The position numbers and the translations under genes are program-made. Under the pieces are notes generated by a model that saw nothing but the letters and a program-made list of their open reading frames with translations, was not told where the DNA came from and ran no database searches. Below are positions 63,170 to 64,000 of a stretch of DNA of 64,000 nucleotides, piece after piece (positions within the stretch are counted from its first letter, which is position 1; every line of letters begins with the position of its first letter). Source of the DNA: Octopus sinensis (taxonomy: Eukaryota); the NCBI RefSeq assembly GCF_006345805.1, contig NC_043004.1:5332001-5396000 (forward strand), read 5' to 3'.

Positions 63170-64000
63170 GTATGTAAAATATTTTATTGAATTAATCCAG
63201 TTTGGTTATTCATTGGTAGATATATAAAAGAAAAAAAATCAGTGTGTTTATTGGTGTATTTTGTCTAATGTGCTAATGGTTTTGCCAGCTCATCACCTTA
63301 CCTTGTACCTATACTAGAAACAGTAGTAGTAGTAGTAGTAGAAGCAGCAGTATTTGCTGCTATTGTTATTGTTGTTGTTGTTAGAAGAAGTAGCAGTAGT
63401 AGGGCAGAAAGCTAGCAGAACTGTTAGCATGCCAAACAAAATGCTAAGTGATATTTTTTCCAGGCATTACATTTTGAGTCCAAATTGCACCAAGGTCAAC
63501 TTTGCCTTTCATCCTTTCAGTTCCAATAAGTACCAGTCAAATACCCCCACCCCTACCCCCAAATTTCAGGCCTTATACTCTCTTTACTCTCTCTTTTTAC
63601 TTGTTTCAGTCATGTGACTGTGGCCATGATGGAGCACCGCCTTTAGTTGACTCATAAGGCTTTGGTTGGCCCAAGGCTATAGTAGAAAACACTTGCCCAA
63701 GGTGCCATGCAGTGGGACTGAACCCAGAACCATGTGGTTGATAAGCAAGCTACTTACCACACAGCCACTCCTGCACCTACAGTAGAAAGGATTATTGTTG
63801 TTGTTATTATCGTATCTTTTCCTGAGTTATCTATGTCATGTCTCAGAACCATCCAGCAGCTTAGAGAGATGCAACACTTTTCTCAACACATGAGCTGTTC
63901 CAAGTATTGTTGTCGATTGAGTACTTCTTATGAAGTTTGGCATTTGCAGCTTTTGATGCCAGAATATTGCTTTCTTTGAGTTGGCCCCAAGTGCAGCAAT

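Overview
AT-rich animal genomic DNA full of microsatellites and repeats. The repeat families (RTE tails ending in (GAT)n, tRNA-headed SINEs, Penelope-type pLTRs) suggest an octopus-like coleoid cephalopod; this is an inference. The main gene is ALS2/alsin on the + strand. I traced 24 GT-AG exons from 15121 to 63169 by hand; they join in one open frame (4642 nt, about 1547 codons) and encode RCC1 repeats, DH, PH and MORN repeats. The start exon is uncertain (candidate at 10556-10632) and the VPS9 end lies beyond the window. An intronless, PPxY-less alpha-arrestin-like ORF ending in eight cysteines lies on the - strand at 2403-3704. The introns hold many SINEs, RTE and CR1-type LINE fragments, MITEs and Helitrons. 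The most interesting non-coding signals are: two minimal hammerhead ribozymes in Penelope-like pLTRs (one apparently intact with a swapped G3:C8 core pair, one decayed at CpGs and lying downstream of a tRNA-like segment and a GIY-YIG remnant); a U6 snRNA-SINE chimeric retrocopy under a single target-site duplication; and two adjacent near-perfect palindromes. All calls come from reading the sequence; no searches were run.
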